The notes beneath the pieces were generated by a model that had not been told where the DNA came from, made no database searches, and saw only the letters and a program-made list of their open reading frames with translations. This document shows, in pieces, positions 40,526 through 55,179 of a stretch of 64,000 bases of DNA (its first letter is position 1; each line of letters begins with the position of its first letter). Source of the stretch: Octopus vulgaris. Its lineage: Eukaryota. The stretch spans positions 1,922,001-1,986,000 of the forward strand of contig OX597817.1 in NCBI GenBank assembly GCA_951406725.2, given 5' to 3'. The position numbers were made by a program, and so were the translations under genes.

Positions 40526-41289
40526 GTAAGCAAATTTTGATATATTTATATGTACACTGGAATATATATATATAGCAAAATATATATATATATATATATA
40601 TATACATGTGTGTGTGTGTATACATCTGTAATAAAAGGAGCCCATTTCATACTATATAGTGGTTGATAATGAGAAAGACATTAGCTGTAGAATTATACTG
40701 TATAAAATGAAAGGAAGAATGAAAGAGAAGTGAATTCTGCAAACTTTTGCAGGGACAACTTTGTCTGGGAGAGTAGTAAGTCTGAATAAAATCTGATATG
40801 GGGTAGAAGATCTTTATTCTTGATGCATGTAACCTCACTTGTCTCAGTGACACAAGACACATAATATGCATTCTACACTGTAGGTTGTATAATCTTCTAA
40901 CATCATTATGTTGTAGAATGATCACTGAAGACTTGAGTAAACTGGCTAGGTGTATTTATTCATCATCATCATCATTTAGCGTCCGCTTTCCATTCTAGCA
41001 TGGGTTGGACAGTTCAACTGGGGTCTGGGAAGCCAGTAGGCTGCACCAGGCCCAGTCTGATCTGGCAATGTTTCTACGGCTGGATGCCCTTCCTAATGCC
41101 AACTACTCTGTGAGTGTAGTGGGTGCTTTATACATGCCAGACGAGGCTGGCAAACAGCCACGATAGGATGGTGCTTTTTATGTGCCACTGGCATGGAGGC
41201 CTGTCTGTGCAAAAAAACATTAAAAAAATCGAAATGAAAACTAAAGTAACAGAGGCTTACAACAAACAAGAAATTATTGTGTATTTCAG

Positions 41290-41359
41290 TACAAGTGAGA
41301 AAACATTTGGGGAAAATTCTGGTTGGCTTTTTCTGGACTCAGCTGATAGTCTGATTGTG
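41290..41359 (+). CDS. ERCC4: XPF coding exon 10
   Basis: (C)TSEKTFGENSGWLFLDSADSLIV; cf. human EKAFGQNSGWLFLDS. Confidence 0.96.
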
Positions 41360-41399
41360 GTGAGTTATTTCTTTTCTAATATTAAGCAAATCTATAAAT

Positions 41400-42952
41400 T
41401 TATAAGTGCTGTCCCACCGAACCAATATGGTGATGCCCCTAAAATATGTAGCATGAATGTAAAGAAAATGAGAGACAAAACAAAAGCAAAACAAAGAAAA
41501 TCTTTATTGTAATTAAGAAATGTGGGGTTTTAACAGTAAATATACGCCTTATCATTATTGTCACTATTGTTGAGAAGGACTCAATACATGATGAAGATTG
41601 TTGTGAGCCAATTTTGAGGGCTGAAAGCAACCTTGAGTTTGTGAAGAGCCTACTTGAAGCAGATTCAAGGATGACAACAAGAAGCACTACATGTATGTGG
41701 AATATAAATGAAGGCTTAGTTCTGCAAATACTTCACAGACTTTTGAAGATGTGCAAGAGTAGTTTTAGGTGGATTCCTTATATTTTGACAAGTATTCATT
41801 GGCAAAAAAGAGTTGAGATGTGCAACAATTGCAGTGATATTTATGACAATGATCTCTGAAGATTTTTCACAACAAATCTTACTGGTAATGCAACATGGCT
41901 TCTGGATATTATTCAACAAAGAAACAACAGTTCATAGAACAGGGGATTAAAGTATATTGACATCCCATCAAACAAATAGTAGCAAAGTCAATTCAGACAG
42001 GATGACAGGATGTGTTTTATGACTCTAAAGGTGTTTATGTTGAATATCTCAATGCAGATGACACTATGACTTAAGGCTGTAATAGCAATTAAAAATTTAG
42101 GGAACATCATTTGACAAATGCCAAGGAAAATTATCAAGTGGAATCTTGTTTCATCATGTCAGTATTTGCACTGAATCCATTTGTCAGAATGACCTCACAA
42201 TTTTCCATGGTTGCCATATAGTCCTATATAGCATTATATCATTTTTGTATCAGCTCAATTGACATATAAATATCATAGTCATGAAAGCATTCATCATCAT
42301 CATCATCGTTTACCGTCTGCTTTCCATGCTAGCATGGGTTGGACGATTTGACTGAGGACTGGCGAACCAGATGGCTGCACCAGACTCCACTCTGATCTGG
42401 CAGAGTTTCTACAGCTGGATGCCCTTCCTAACGCCAACCACTCTGAGAGTGTAGTGGATGCTTTTACGTGCCACCAGCACGAGGGCCAGTCAAGTGGTAC
42501 TGGCAACGGCCATGCTCAGATGGTGCTTTTTATGTGCCACCTGCACAGGAGCCAGTCCAGCGGCACTGGCAACGACCTCGCTCGAATGTTTTTTCACATG
42601 CCACCAGCACAAGTGCCAGTAAGGCAATGCAGATAACGATCACGCTCGAATGGTGTTTTTTTTTCGTGCCACCGGCATGGAGGCCAGCTTGTTGCTCTGG
42701 CAACAATCACGCTCATATGGAAACTAAAGAAATATTTGAAAACATCACTGTAGAAAAAGCCTGAGATAATTTTGCATTTCTACATTTCATAGTTGAAGTA
42801 AACAGATGGACAAATGTGTAACCAATGGTTGAAGCTATATGAAATAAATTTATTTACTTTTAAAACCAAATTTTCCTTTATGCATTTTTCATGTTCTTTG
42901 TTTTGTTTTCTTTTGTTTTTCATTCCCCGCCCCCTACTTTTAGCACTCCTCA
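41400..42952 (+). mobile_element. Heavily decayed mariner, interrupted by an RTE-tail repeat
   Basis: Remnants KSLLEADSRMTTR, ILHRLLKMCKSSFRWIPYILT..QKRVEMC and ILTGNATW. Confidence 0.55.
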
Positions 42953-43310
42953 TCTGTTAAAACATATAAAGCAGCAATACACCTGTCTATATACATACAC
43001 AAATACTAGCATACACATTCACATATCTGTGTGTGTGTATTATTAATTCAACTTCATTGCATTGCAGATGCCTATTTTATTGATCTTGGAGCACGGAAAG
43101 TAGAAGTTGATCTTTGCTGGAATTGGAACTTTGATCATAGAGATGAAATTATATACTGAATTCAAAATTTTCAGATATTACAAGAAATATTTATATAACT
43201 CATAAATGTATATATCTTTATGTTATATTTAAATATATGTCTTTTTTATTCACTTTCCAAAAAATATAATAGATGGTACAGATATGTATTTTTGGTATTT
43301 TGATTTACAG

Positions 43311-43404
43311 AACTCAAAGATGAGGGTTTACAAAACTAACAAAAGCTCTAAAAAGAAGGAAGATTCTAAACTGAAAGGTGTTGCATCTGAAAACAGAGAA
43401 AATG
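43311..43404 (+). CDS. ERCC4: XPF coding exon 11
   Basis: NSKMRVYKTNKSSKKKENSKLKGVASENREN; cf. human NARARVY. Phases 0/1 fit the neighbouring exons. Confidence 0.9.
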
Positions 43405-45307
43405 GTAAGGCTTGTAAAACTTTTCTTTACATTCTAACTTTTGTTAAGAAATAGCTTGTAGGGTCAGTGTATTGCCTGGCCATTGACCAAAGTATTTAAG
43501 AGTCTTATATTCCATCTCCATTTTTTGCTGCACAGAGGATTCTGCATTCTCATTTATCATTATCATCCATCATTTTGAATCCCGGTTTTGTCCCCGTTAA
43601 CGTGGGTGGCCGGATCTACCTGAATGTCATAGCAACTGCCCTCACACCATCTCACCATCTTGCTCGGTTTTGGGTGTCCTCCCTTCTCAAGCCAACCCTC
43701 TCAATCTCCTCCACCACCTGTCTCCTCCACATTTTCCTCAGTCTACCTCGTTTTCACTGTCCATTTACATTTTCCTATGGTGGTTGTCGGTTTATTCTAC
43801 CTTAAGCTTTCTCTTTAGTTATATTATTTATTTAGGCTTTCCTCTGAGTAAGTAAGAATATAATGATTCAACGTCACTTATACTCAAGTGTTATCATCAT
43901 ATCTAAAACCCTAACTGCAGTTATAACGTCGTATAGACATATACGCATGGAACGCTACATCAACGACCATGTATGTTGAATATTTTAATCGTGTCCTTTA
44001 AACCGCTATAAGAAACATAAAACAAAGATTACAGAAATGCATATTTATCTATGCTCAGTTGAAAAACAAACGTGAAGAGAAACATTTTCTTTTAATTATT
44101 TTTATTATACAAATATAACATTTTATATTTTTTTACAGTAAGAAAGATAACTTTGTCGTGAAGAAAAACGACTTTAAATTCCTTAGCTAATTTCTTCTTT
44201 CTATCTAATACGCTAACCAACAAATCAAAATAGATTTGTGATTAACTTAGACATGGCATAAAAATTTACTGATGTCTCCAAAAGAGTGAGTGACGTGGAG
44301 TTGAATGACTACCAAACGAACACTCATTTATTTTCCAAAATCCAGGGTTTTTATAACTGCTCAACTTGACTAAAAAGAATCGAAATTCATGACAGATATT
44401 CTTTACGAAACTTCTAGAATCTTTATATGAGCAGTTATATTAACCAATGGAAAAAAACGAAAATGATAATTCTTCGGCAATACAACATTACGTCATATTG
44501 CCAATTCGCGCCACATTTCAAAATGGCTAAAATGGCTATTGCTACAACCTCAAACTCTAGCACCTTCTTCAGAACATGCTCCTTATCCCTTCTCAAGTGC
44601 AGTATATCTATATGTGCACATGTCCTAATATTGTAGTAAGAATAAAGATTGCAAATTCAAGCTTTTATGTTGCTCAGGAGACGGAATAAAACTGGATCAT
44701 GTCTGGAGTGTCTTACTGAGTGGCACCTTGAGCAAGTTCTCTAGTTTTGTATCAGTAGATGGAAACATTGTGGAAGTCCATAATGTTTGTGTGAGTATGT
44801 GTATGTGTATGTATGCATGCACACATACATACCTGTATGTGTGTGTGTGTGTGCGTTTGTGTCTGTGTTTACATACCACATCTTACCTTTGACCAAAATT
44901 ATGGTGACATTTGTTGACATTTTCTCCTGACACATCACCTTGTGGCTGTATGCTTTCATAAACAAGTGGAACCAAAAGTCCATTCCTTAGAAAAAGGCAA
45001 GAATTAGTGACATCCTGTTGTAAAATGAAAGCTTCATTATATACTTCATCTAACCCATGATAACATGGATAAATGGATGTAAAACAAATGAACAACCAAC
45101 TTCTCAAAACGATTAAGAATATAATAGACTTTGAGCTAATTTTGTCTTTTGCCAAATTAAGTTTTTTATGTTCGTTACATTAAATGTTTTGAATCTAACA
45201 GAACAAATCCAATTCTGTAGCTTTTAAGTAGATGATAGATGAGTCTTCTACGGCATCTCTTGACTTTTATTCTTTTCACTAATGCCTATATCTGTTTCAC
45301 CTCCTAG

Positions 45308-45465
45308 AGAATGTTCCAGACTTGGAAATCCCACCCAAATGGACTGGTTTGTCAGAAATCCTGGCTGAGATTCAGAATGAGAATGCTGAACTGGATCCCG
45401 ACTTTGGGAGAGGAAAAATCTTAATTGTAGCTGAAGATGACCGAACTTGTAGTCAACTGAGGGAG
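45308..45465 (+). CDS. ERCC4: XPF coding exon 12
   Basis: (E)NVPDLEIPPKWTGLSEILAEIQNENAELDPDFGRGKILIVAEDDRTCSQLRE, containing the PKW and DDRTCSQL motifs. Confidence 0.95.
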
Positions 45466-46596
45466 GTCAGGAGCTCAATTGGTCGTTTGTTTCATTGAAT
45501 ATCATTTCATTTGCCTACCAACCTCTGTCATATGTTCACATTCTTTTTCTGCTTGTTTTATAGATAATTCCCCATTTTGTTTGTTGATGTGCATCTATTT
45601 TATTTGTGTGCATGTCTCTCTCCCTCTCACTCTCAATAATGCCACAATTCACAGACATCATATTTTCTTTGTACCAGCACTGATCTTGCATTGTATCTGT
45701 TTGATTTGTCAAGCATTTTACTGAGTGTAGCAGGTGCTATTTTTATGACACCAACACTAAAATGGTCCTCCAGTCATACTTTAACTTCTCTCAACATTTT
45801 CCCAAAAGTCATCAACCTCTCTCCTATTCTCCCACTCAAGTGTGGTGGGCTCTAGTCTTGCCAAGAGTATGATAGCTTATCTTGTATTGGTGCCATAAGA
45901 AGTACATCTGCTACACCCCATAAAATGGTTGGTATATATATATATCATCATCATCATCATCGTTTAACGTCCGTTCTCCATGCTAGCATGGGTTGGACGT
46001 TTCGACTGGGGATCTGGGAAGCCAGAAGGCTGCACCAGGCTCCAGTCTTACCTGGCAATGTTTCTACAGCTGGATGCCCTTCCTAACGCCAACCACTCTG
46101 TGAGTGTAGTGGGTGCTTTTTACGTGCCACCCGCACAGGTGCCAAGCAAGGCTGGCATCGGCCACGGTCGGATTGGTGCATTTTACGTGCCACCAGTCGA
46201 GGCGGCACTGGCTTCGGCCACGATTCGGATGGTGCTTTTTACGTACCACTAGTCCAGGGGTCCTGGCATCTGCCGGGTGCCAGTCATAGGATTGGTTCGA
46301 TTTCGATTTCACTTGCCCCAACAGGTCTTCGCAAGCATAGGTGCCTGTCGTCGGATGAGGTTCGATATCGACTTCACTTGCCTCAACAGGTCTTTGTGTG
46401 TCCAAGGGAGGAAAGGCATGCATATATATATATATATATATGTGAAGGGGTATGTGAATGAATGTGATGACATGATTTTCAACGTATGCATTTGTTTATA
46501 TATGTGTTTATATGTCTATATGTATTTGCATCTGTATATGTGTGTTCATGTGTGAGTTTTCATTTAATACTCTGTCTTTATATTTTTCTATTTCAG

Positions 46597-46680
46597 TTTT
46601 TATCAAAAGGTGGAAAGAATACTCTAGCTTCTCTCTACAACAGATATTTGGCTTCAAAAGGCAAATATATGGAAGTTACA
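46597..46680 (+). CDS. ERCC4: XPF coding exon 13
   Basis: tttcag| FLSKGGKNTLASLYNRYLASKGKYMEVT |gtaag; cf. human YITLGAEAFLLRLY. Confidence 0.85.
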
Positions 46681-47201
46681 GTAAGAATTCCTATTGCTAT
46701 ATTTCCAAAAAAAAAGATATTTAAATAAGTATTTAAATAGTAGACTAAGATAACTGGAATCTGTTTATGATCATAATGGTAATTCCTTAAATCTATTAAA
46801 ATATTGGATAACTTCTATTTTTTTAAGGGCAAGTCATTTTGGTAGAGGCCCCTTTTACATGATTTGATTTGACATCAGCAAAGCAGCATTACAGAATATT
46901 AATAAATTGCCAAGTTATGAAGAGAACTCTGTTTTCTTCAGATTGCACCCTCTTGTCTTAAGGAGTAAGGAAGGACAAATAGAAAAATGTGGACCTAGAT
47001 ATATTGTATCTGAAAAAAAAAAAAAATATACTGGATAGGCGCAGAAGTGGCTGTGTGGTAAGTAGCTTGCTTATCAACCACATGGTTCCGGGTTCAGTCC
47101 CACTGCATGGCACCTTGGGCAAGTGTCTTCTACTAAAGCCGACCAAAGCCTTGTGAGTGGATTTGGTAGACGGAAACTGAAAGAAGCCCGTCGTATATAT
47201 G

Positions 47202-47232
<31 letters not shown>

Positions 47233-48541
47233 CTGTGTTTGTCCCCTCCCAACATCGCTTGACAACCGATACTGGTGTGTTTATGTCCCCCGTTACTTAG
47301 CGGTTCGGCAAAGAGACCGATAGAATAAGTACTGGGCTTACAAAAGAATAAGACCCGGGGTCGAGTTGCTCGATTAAAGGCGGTGCTCCAGCATGGCCGC
47401 AGTCAAATGACTGAAACAAGTAAAAGAGTAAAGAGTAAGAGTATAGTCACAATTCTAATGCATTCTGACCATAGTCTACTTAATGAAAGCTGACCTGGGG
47501 CTAAGCAACAACACTTGTATCATTTACATATTTGACAACAGCAAATTATAGGGAATTGGTAGCTTTAGATAAAATGCTTTGCAGTATTTGTTCATGCTCT
47601 TTGTTTAGAGTTCAAATCTTGCTGCGGTCAGTTTTACCATTCGTCTTTTAGGGAATGATAACACAAAGTACCAGTCCAGGGTGTTGAGGGGACAGAATGT
47701 TTAGAGCATTGGACAAAATGCTTTGTGTTATTTCAATTTTTAACCCTCCAAATAAGCAGTTTAGTATAGCAAACTTGTCTGTGTCTAGCTGACATGGTGG
47801 TGTCTTATAAAAACAGTACCCAAAGGAAGACAATAAGAAACCTTCTTTGTATTGGCCCATGGAAATTCCATGACAAGCACATAGTACTTGTCAAGGAGAT
47901 CAACAGTTGATGTTGTAAGAATACTTACTGTAGGCACTGGCTAAAACACTTGAGCCTTTTAGCATTTAAACTGGCCATTTCAGGCCCAAATATTCTACCT
48001 GTTTTATGTTCAAAATGGCCAAATCCAGCCTTTCTCTCCTATCCTACAATGTCATTCTGAGAATAAAAATCACATCATTGAAATCAAAGCTGCGTGATAG
48101 TTCAAAACTATATGAATAAAAAATGATTACCATTGAGAGGGTCATCTGAATGCTAAAGGTCTAAGCATTTCAGGTGTTTTAAACAGTTGTAACATTGTAA
48201 AACTGGTGAATTTTATTAGATTACTCTGTGGAACTTAACCAATTTCTGTAAATGTGATAAGTCAGAGAGGAATTGTTACTGCTGATCATAACATATCAAA
48301 TTCAGATAAATTTATATATCTAGTATTTAGAATAAGCACTTTTACCTTTTTGTAGTTTTTAATTTTCTTCTTCTTTTCTTTTTCTTTCCCTCTCTCTTAC
48401 TTTGTGCTTCATCACTCTCTCACACTCTCTCCCTTGCTATCTCTCTCACTTTGTTGCTCTCCCTCTCTGCTCTCCTCTCCCTTATATACATACATATACA
48501 TGTAAGTGTGTGTCTATATATATATACATCTATAATTACAG

Positions 48542-48658
48542 TCTCCAAAGAAGAAGAAACAAAAATTAACAAAAACAAAACCTACCAAAGAAGCAACTTT
48601 AGTTGAGTTGACAGAAATGGAGCCAGAGGAGATTGCTTCAAGGTTAAACACTGAAGAG
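48542..48658 (+). CDS. ERCC4: XPF coding exon 14 (poorly conserved linker with a basic cluster)
   Basis: ttacag| SPKKKKQKLTKTKPTKEATLVELTEMEPEEIASRLNTEE |gtatct. Open frame, phase 0/0. Confidence 0.75.
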
Positions 48659-49273
48659 GTATCTAACATATCTTCTTCTTATTTTTTTGTCACATGTTAA
48701 TTTAATTGAAATTAATTTATTGACTAGTTCCCTTTTGCTGTCAAAGTGGTAAGTACCACCTGTTGAAAAAAAAAACTATATGTAATTAAAATGTGTTATT
48801 TTGATTCAGAGAGAGGAAATAGTAAATACTTTGTTGTTATAACATGAGATTTGCTGATTTGATGAAGGGCTGTGCTGCTCAAAATGTTAGACATACATCT
48901 CCTCTTGACCATTTATATTTTTTTAATTTTGCTCCTACTAACACAGATCCACAACAACTCTCCTAACCAGCTGACAAGGGAGCAGCCAATACCTGTTGTG
49001 TAAGAAATAGCTGCAAAATTCTTTTAAAAGATACTTCACTGTCTTTAAAATGGTGATATCTAAGACTAGACTGGCTAATATATTAACTAGATAATTGGTG
49101 TTTGGAAAAGAAATGTGAAGTCATTGCTAGAACCCTTTTTGATTATATATCTGTCCATCCAGGGCTGATCTTCAAATTCTAGTGAATGTATTTTAAAAAC
49201 TATACTTTTGTATATCTTGTCTTTCCATTTTGCAACTAAACATATTAAACCTGATCTCATTTTGACTTTGTAG

Positions 49274-49468
49274 GAATCCAATGAAGAAGAGAATTTCAGG
49301 TGTTCTTCTCAGGATGCTTACTACGGAATCCTTTCACAACCAGCTGTCATAATCCATCCAATCCATGGTGGCTCTGATTCTCTTGGATTGCAGCGTACTC
49401 TCTGGGAGATAAACCCACATTATGTAATCCTGTACGATTCCTGCATGAAGTTTGTGAGAGAACTGGAG
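49274..49468 (+). CDS. ERCC4: XPF coding exon 15 (GC donor)
   Basis: ESNEEENFRCSSQDAYYGILSQPAVIIHPIHGGSDSLGLQRTLWEINPHYVILYDSCMKFVRELE |gcaagt. Confidence 0.93.
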
Positions 49469-51768
49469 GCAAGTCCTTTTAAAGTCCTATGTCTCCAATA
49501 AATTCTTATTATTACTGAACTGCATATAAGACTGAGGGTTTAGGGAATTCAAACTATATCTAAGGTATGATCACTTAAAATACCTGATCTTGATCTCAGA
49601 AGGGATTCTGAGGCTAACAATGAATATTTATTTATTTATTTATTTTTTGGTTTTATTGTCAGAAAGGCAGTGCCCATCTCTTTTTTTTATTATTTAGGAC
49701 CCTCCGGTGGGAGGAAAGGGGGAGAGATCTTCGGCCCTGTGACCTAGTGCTTACAACCCAGCGCTTGTAACATAATGAACTGTATTAAGGCATTCAAAAG
49801 CTAAATGGTGGATTTGACTGTTGACAACTAAGCATCTTAGACACAGATACACCACTGTGCTATTGGATTAAACCATCACTCTACCCTCCCCAACAGATTA
49901 TCTAGTACTCTGTCATCTCATGGAGAAAGTAGACTAGTGTGGAATGGAGGTCTAAGAGGGTAAATTAGTGTAGAGCAGAGAATGATGAAAATTTGTTGGA
50001 TTGGTGAGGAATGTATTATGTAGAATTTGCCTTTTTTTTGTTTTGTTTTAACATCTAATTTTTTTTATTCTTGGTGTTTTTTTTCTGTTTTTGCATTTTG
50101 TTATAAACTGTCTTTACCTCTGGATGCTAAATAAAACTGCTTACTTGTCAGAGAGGAACTTGTTTTTGTTCAGATAAAAAAGAGATTTCACTTTTTAACT
50201 TGTAAACAGTTTGAATAGCACCCATTTGTAAAAACAAAAATTACAGTCAAAAGCCTTATAAAAACATCAACAATATAAAAAAGTTAGATGTTTAATAAAC
50301 ACCAAGTCTTTCTCAGTGCATTATTTCTCGCCAATCTTGTAGATTTTCTATATTTTCCACTGTTGTATACCATTACATTTTTACACCTCTACCTACCATT
50401 CATTTTTTATGCAGAGAAAGACACTTCCTTATCAACCAAGTTTCTTAGACTTTTGCTGGGTTTGCTGAAATTTGTTGCTTGTTTAAGAGCAAAACGTTCT
50501 GTTCTATGTGCATTATCACCTTATGGAAGAAGTTGATTGCTATTTGAGCTTAAAGAAGCTGCTGAAGGTAAACACATTGACCAATATTTTGCAGGAGAGA
50601 TTACTGTCTTCTGTGAATAGATGGAAAATGCTGGGTAAAAAGAATGTGTTGTGATTCGAAGATATAAGACATCTACATGAGAGGTAATAACTATGTGGTG
50701 AAAAAAGTTAGCTGTCAGTTCTGGTGTCAGGTTCGATTCCACTTAGCGGCACCTTCTGAAAATGGCTTCCATGTTAGACTTAGGTTGACCCAAGCCTTAT
50801 AAGTGAAACTGGGTAAATGAAAGCTGAAAGCATGTTGGAAGGATCATACTTCTTTTGGGGTGGTTGATTTAATGTTACCCAATTTAACACCATCACTTGA
50901 CCATAGATTTCTTTAGCAGTATCTGCTAGTTAAAGATAACTCTCTCCCTTCTAGTGTTGGTGTCCCTGAAAAAGGGTTGTGGGTGCTACCTTTTTTACTT
51001 CTAAGGCATGTAATATAAACGTTAAAGGAAGGTATAAGGTGAAGTTCAGCTAGATGTGTAAATATTGGGCCACATGAAATGGCCATTCTCAAAATAGATG
51101 GAAACAGATCAGCCTAAGATAGTCTCAAACCTGAGGAGTAATTTTGTCTGAACTGAGTCAAAAGAAGATTGAAAATTTGGAAGGTTTTTATGTGGTACAC
51201 TAATTAGTGATTGCATGAAACTGAATGGTTTATTTTTGATACTATACTTGGACAACTAGTGCCAACATACAAAACAGATAAAAAAGATTGGTGTAAAACT
51301 GATAATGGTGATAGAAATACTCATTATCATCATGAAAGACAGATGCTAAAATATAGTTGATGTTGATAACCTTAAAAAAATAAAACACTTTGAAACCATA
51401 AGCACTTGATCATTATTGATCTCATAGTTGATATTTGCATCTGCTTTTTTATGCTGGCATGGATTAGATAAGTCATCACTTACTAAGTCAGTTCTTATTT
51501 TGGGTTACTACTCTCTTAGAATGGTTGAAGATCACATTTTGTTTTTGGCATGTTTTCTGCAACTGAGTACTTATTGCTAACCATTTTACTGTGTAGTGGG
51601 TGTATTTTATCATGGCACCAACATCAGATGGGTTGTCATGTCGTTTGCTTGCCTGATGATTTCACTCATGATATATAATTCAGTTTATTTTCTATCCACG
51701 TCTCTCTTGAATAAGTTTTTCTTCTTTTTATTAAAAAATTCTTCATGTTTTTCTCTTTCATTCAACAG

Positions 51769-51906
51769 GTCTATCATGCTACAAGGCCACATGTTCCTTT
51801 ACGGGTCTACTTCTTAATATACAGCAATTCTGTTGAAGAACAACAGTATCTAACCACTCTTCGTAAAGAAAAAGAAGCCTTTGAGTTCCTTATCAAAGAA
51901 AAGGCT
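51769..51906 (+). CDS. ERCC4: XPF coding exon 16
   Basis: [46 protein letters not shown]; cf. human [30 protein letters not shown]. Confidence 0.97.
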
Positions 51907-52843
51907 GTAAGTAGCCATCGTTACTTCCTCCACTTGTTTATTTATTATGAAATGCATTGTTATTGTCATCATAATGGCAAAACTATCAGAGTAACAAGAA
52001 AATTGCCTTAGTTATCTCCCTTCCCATTTCTCATTCCAAATTCAAATTTTGCCTTTTGGTGTAAATTAAGTAAGAACCAATTTGGAGTTGGTTTGGTTGG
52101 TTCTGTTCCTTCTCTAACATCTGAGTTCGCCTGCGAAAGCAAAAACTTTTATTATTATGATGGTGACGAGCTTTCAGACTCGTTAACTTGTGATGCTTAA
52201 CGGTATTTCTTCCAGCTCTTTATGTTCAGAATTCAAATTCTACAAGATTGGCTTTGCATTTCATCCTTTTGGCATCTATAAAATAAGTTCTAAGTTCAGC
52301 ACTAGGATCAATATAATCAACTTACCCTTCTCCTTAACTTTTCTGATTCTCTACCAAAGTGTGAAACCATTATTATTACGTAAAAGGACAGTGAGCTGCT
52401 TAAGTCATTTGTGTCGGAATCAGTACCTGGCAATATATTGTTCTTGTTCTTTATATTCTGAATTCAAATACCACTAGGGTCAGCCTTGCCTTTCATCCCT
52501 GTGGGTTCAACAAAGTATTAGTCAAATACTTGGTTGATATCGACTAACCCTCTACTCTCAAAATGACTGTCCTTGTGTCTTCATTAGAAACAGTTGTTAT
52601 TATTACATGACAGTCAAGTCACTGAAATAGTTGAGTGCTGAACAAAATGCTTGTGGATGTTTAAGTCATGTCTCTGTGTGTACTCAGTTCATATCTTGCT
52701 GGGACCATATCCTTTTTTTTTTTTATCCTTTCAGGATTGATCGATTGGACAGGTCTAGGTCTAAACAACAACTGACACTCACTCATCCACCCTCATATCC
52801 CTGTGATATCAATGTCTTATCATTAACCACTTTCCATTCACAG

Positions 52844-52972
52844 CTAATGGTAATCCCAGAAGAGAGAGATGGGAAGCTTGAAAATGATCCTAACTTGCAT
52901 GCAGTTTCTGCACTCCAAGCCCCTACTTCTTCTCGTAAAGGAGGAATGGAAGTGAAAGCAGAAAATCACAAG
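52844..52972 (+). CDS. ERCC4: XPF coding exon 17
   Basis: LMVIPEERDGKLENDPNLHAVSALQAPTSSRKGGMEVKAENHK; cf. human MVVPEEREGR...TRKAGG. Confidence 0.93.
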
Positions 52973-55179
52973 GTTTGTTTTTTGTTATGTATACAAATTA
53001 ATGTATTTATTTGATGTGTTTGTTATAGGGTAACAAAATCAATACGGTACCAAATAGAAATGTCTTGCAGTTTTTTTTTTTTGTGCCTCTGTTTCATGAA
53101 ATTAAGTTCTGGTTTAGTACTGGTACTTTCTCTTTTTTTTTTTACGAAACTCACCATGTGAAAAAACAAAAATTGTTCTTGTGCGAATGTTAGATGGTGT
53201 TCTTATTATTGTTAAGGCGGCAAGCTAGAAGAACCATTAGCAGACTGGACAAAACGCTTAGCAGCATTTCTTCTGGCTTTACATTCTCACTTCAAATGCT
53301 GAGAAGTTGACTTCACTTTTCATTTTTTTACTATCAATAAAATAAGCACCAATCAAGTACTATGTGGGGTTTGCAATTTAATTGACTTCCACAAAAACTG
53401 CTGGCTCTGTGCCAAAATTTGAAATCATCATCATTATTATTATTATTATTACTACTACTACTACTACTACTACTACTATTACTACTACTATTAAGGCAAT
53501 GAGCTGGCAGAATCGTTAGTGCAGCAGACAAAATGCTTAGCAGCATTTCTTTTGACTTATGCTTCTGAGTATAAATTTCGCTGTTCTCATATGGTATTGC
53601 AAAGTCTGTGATCTTAAACTGCTTCTTTTGTCCTCTTTAATCATATCAGGTCATCTTGCTTCAATAGTATGGTCAATCTTTGTAGAGAAATCTTATAAAA
53701 TCCCATGATTCTTATTCTCTATCACATCCTCTGGTTTGTGTTTTATACCTTATTAAGAAGCTTGTGGAGGTAGAAATGCAAGGATGAGTGATTAAATGTC
53801 TTGCAATATTGCACTATATTCCTTTATGTTCTAATGATTGGTAAAATAATTACTAAGATCTATTAAAACAATGAAGCATTGTGGCTAAGTTATTAAAGTA
53901 GGTATGAATTTCACTAAATAGCTCACCCTATAAAGTTGTTTTATGGAGGCACATGGCTTAGTGGTTAGGGTGTCAGCACCATGATCGTAAGATTGTGGTT
54001 TCGATTCCTGGACCGGGCAACGCGTAGTGTTCTTGAGCAAATCACTTCCTTTCACGTTGCTCCAGTCCACTCAGCTGGCAAAAATGAGTAACGCTGCGAT
54101 GGACTGGCGTCCCGTCCAGCTGGGGAACACGTACGCCATAGAAACCAGGAAACCGGGCTCATGAGCCTGGCTAGGCTTTAAAAAGGGCACATTTATTTTT
54201 TATAAAGTTATTTTTCTTTATGTTCAGTCCCTATATGAAATACTCTCATCCTGCTGGGATCAAAAAGAAATAATTACTATCAAGACTAATTAGATGAGAG
54301 TAGAGGGTTAACAAAACGCATGCATTGTTATCTCCCTTTACATTTTGGCTTTAAAGCCACTGGAGACCTACTTTACTTTTCATGCTGTCCACCTTGATAG
54401 AATAAGGAACAGTCTAGGAGTAGAAACCGGTTGATTGACCGTTCCTTGAACCACTTTTGTAGCACTCATCAGTAAAGTGTTTAGTGGAATCAGTGGAATC
54501 AAAGGACAAGATTCTTTATGATATTTGGTTTATAACTCATTATACTTTGAGTTTTAATCATGCCAAAGTTAATTGTTTTATGGTTGATCAAATTAAGTAA
54601 AAGAGTACCAGTCAAATATTTTGGTTGAATTAATTTTTCTCCTCACTAAATTTATAGCATTGTACTAGTGTTAAAATTATTATTTTTAGTTTTGTTGGTG
54701 TCATCCAAAATATACATAGAGAAGAAGTATTGAGGGAGAGAGAGAGAGCGCACACCAGAGTGTGAAGTCCCAGAAAGGATGTGGGACCATAACTAAATCC
54801 AAAAGGCACACTTGAGATTAGAGCATATGGAGCATAGGATATTCTAACAAAATATACAGTAAAGATGTTGTCTAACAAGAATTTCAGTTTCAGGATATTT
54901 GGGGAAGAAACCTTCCAGTAACATTCAAACCTTATCTCTATCACATTTCGAGTGCATATGTTACCATTTACACCAAGAGCATCTATCATCTCCTATCAAA
55001 TTATATTAAATCGGTGTTATAAAATTTCAGTACCACCTCCTCACATATCATATTAGGAGAATAGATATTTTCATAGTCACTTAACCCTCCGTGGACCAGC
55101 AAAAGGGGCTACTCTAACATTTTCAAGTATCTCAAATTTGATGTTTTGTATCGAGAATTAATCCCAAGAGTACATATAG

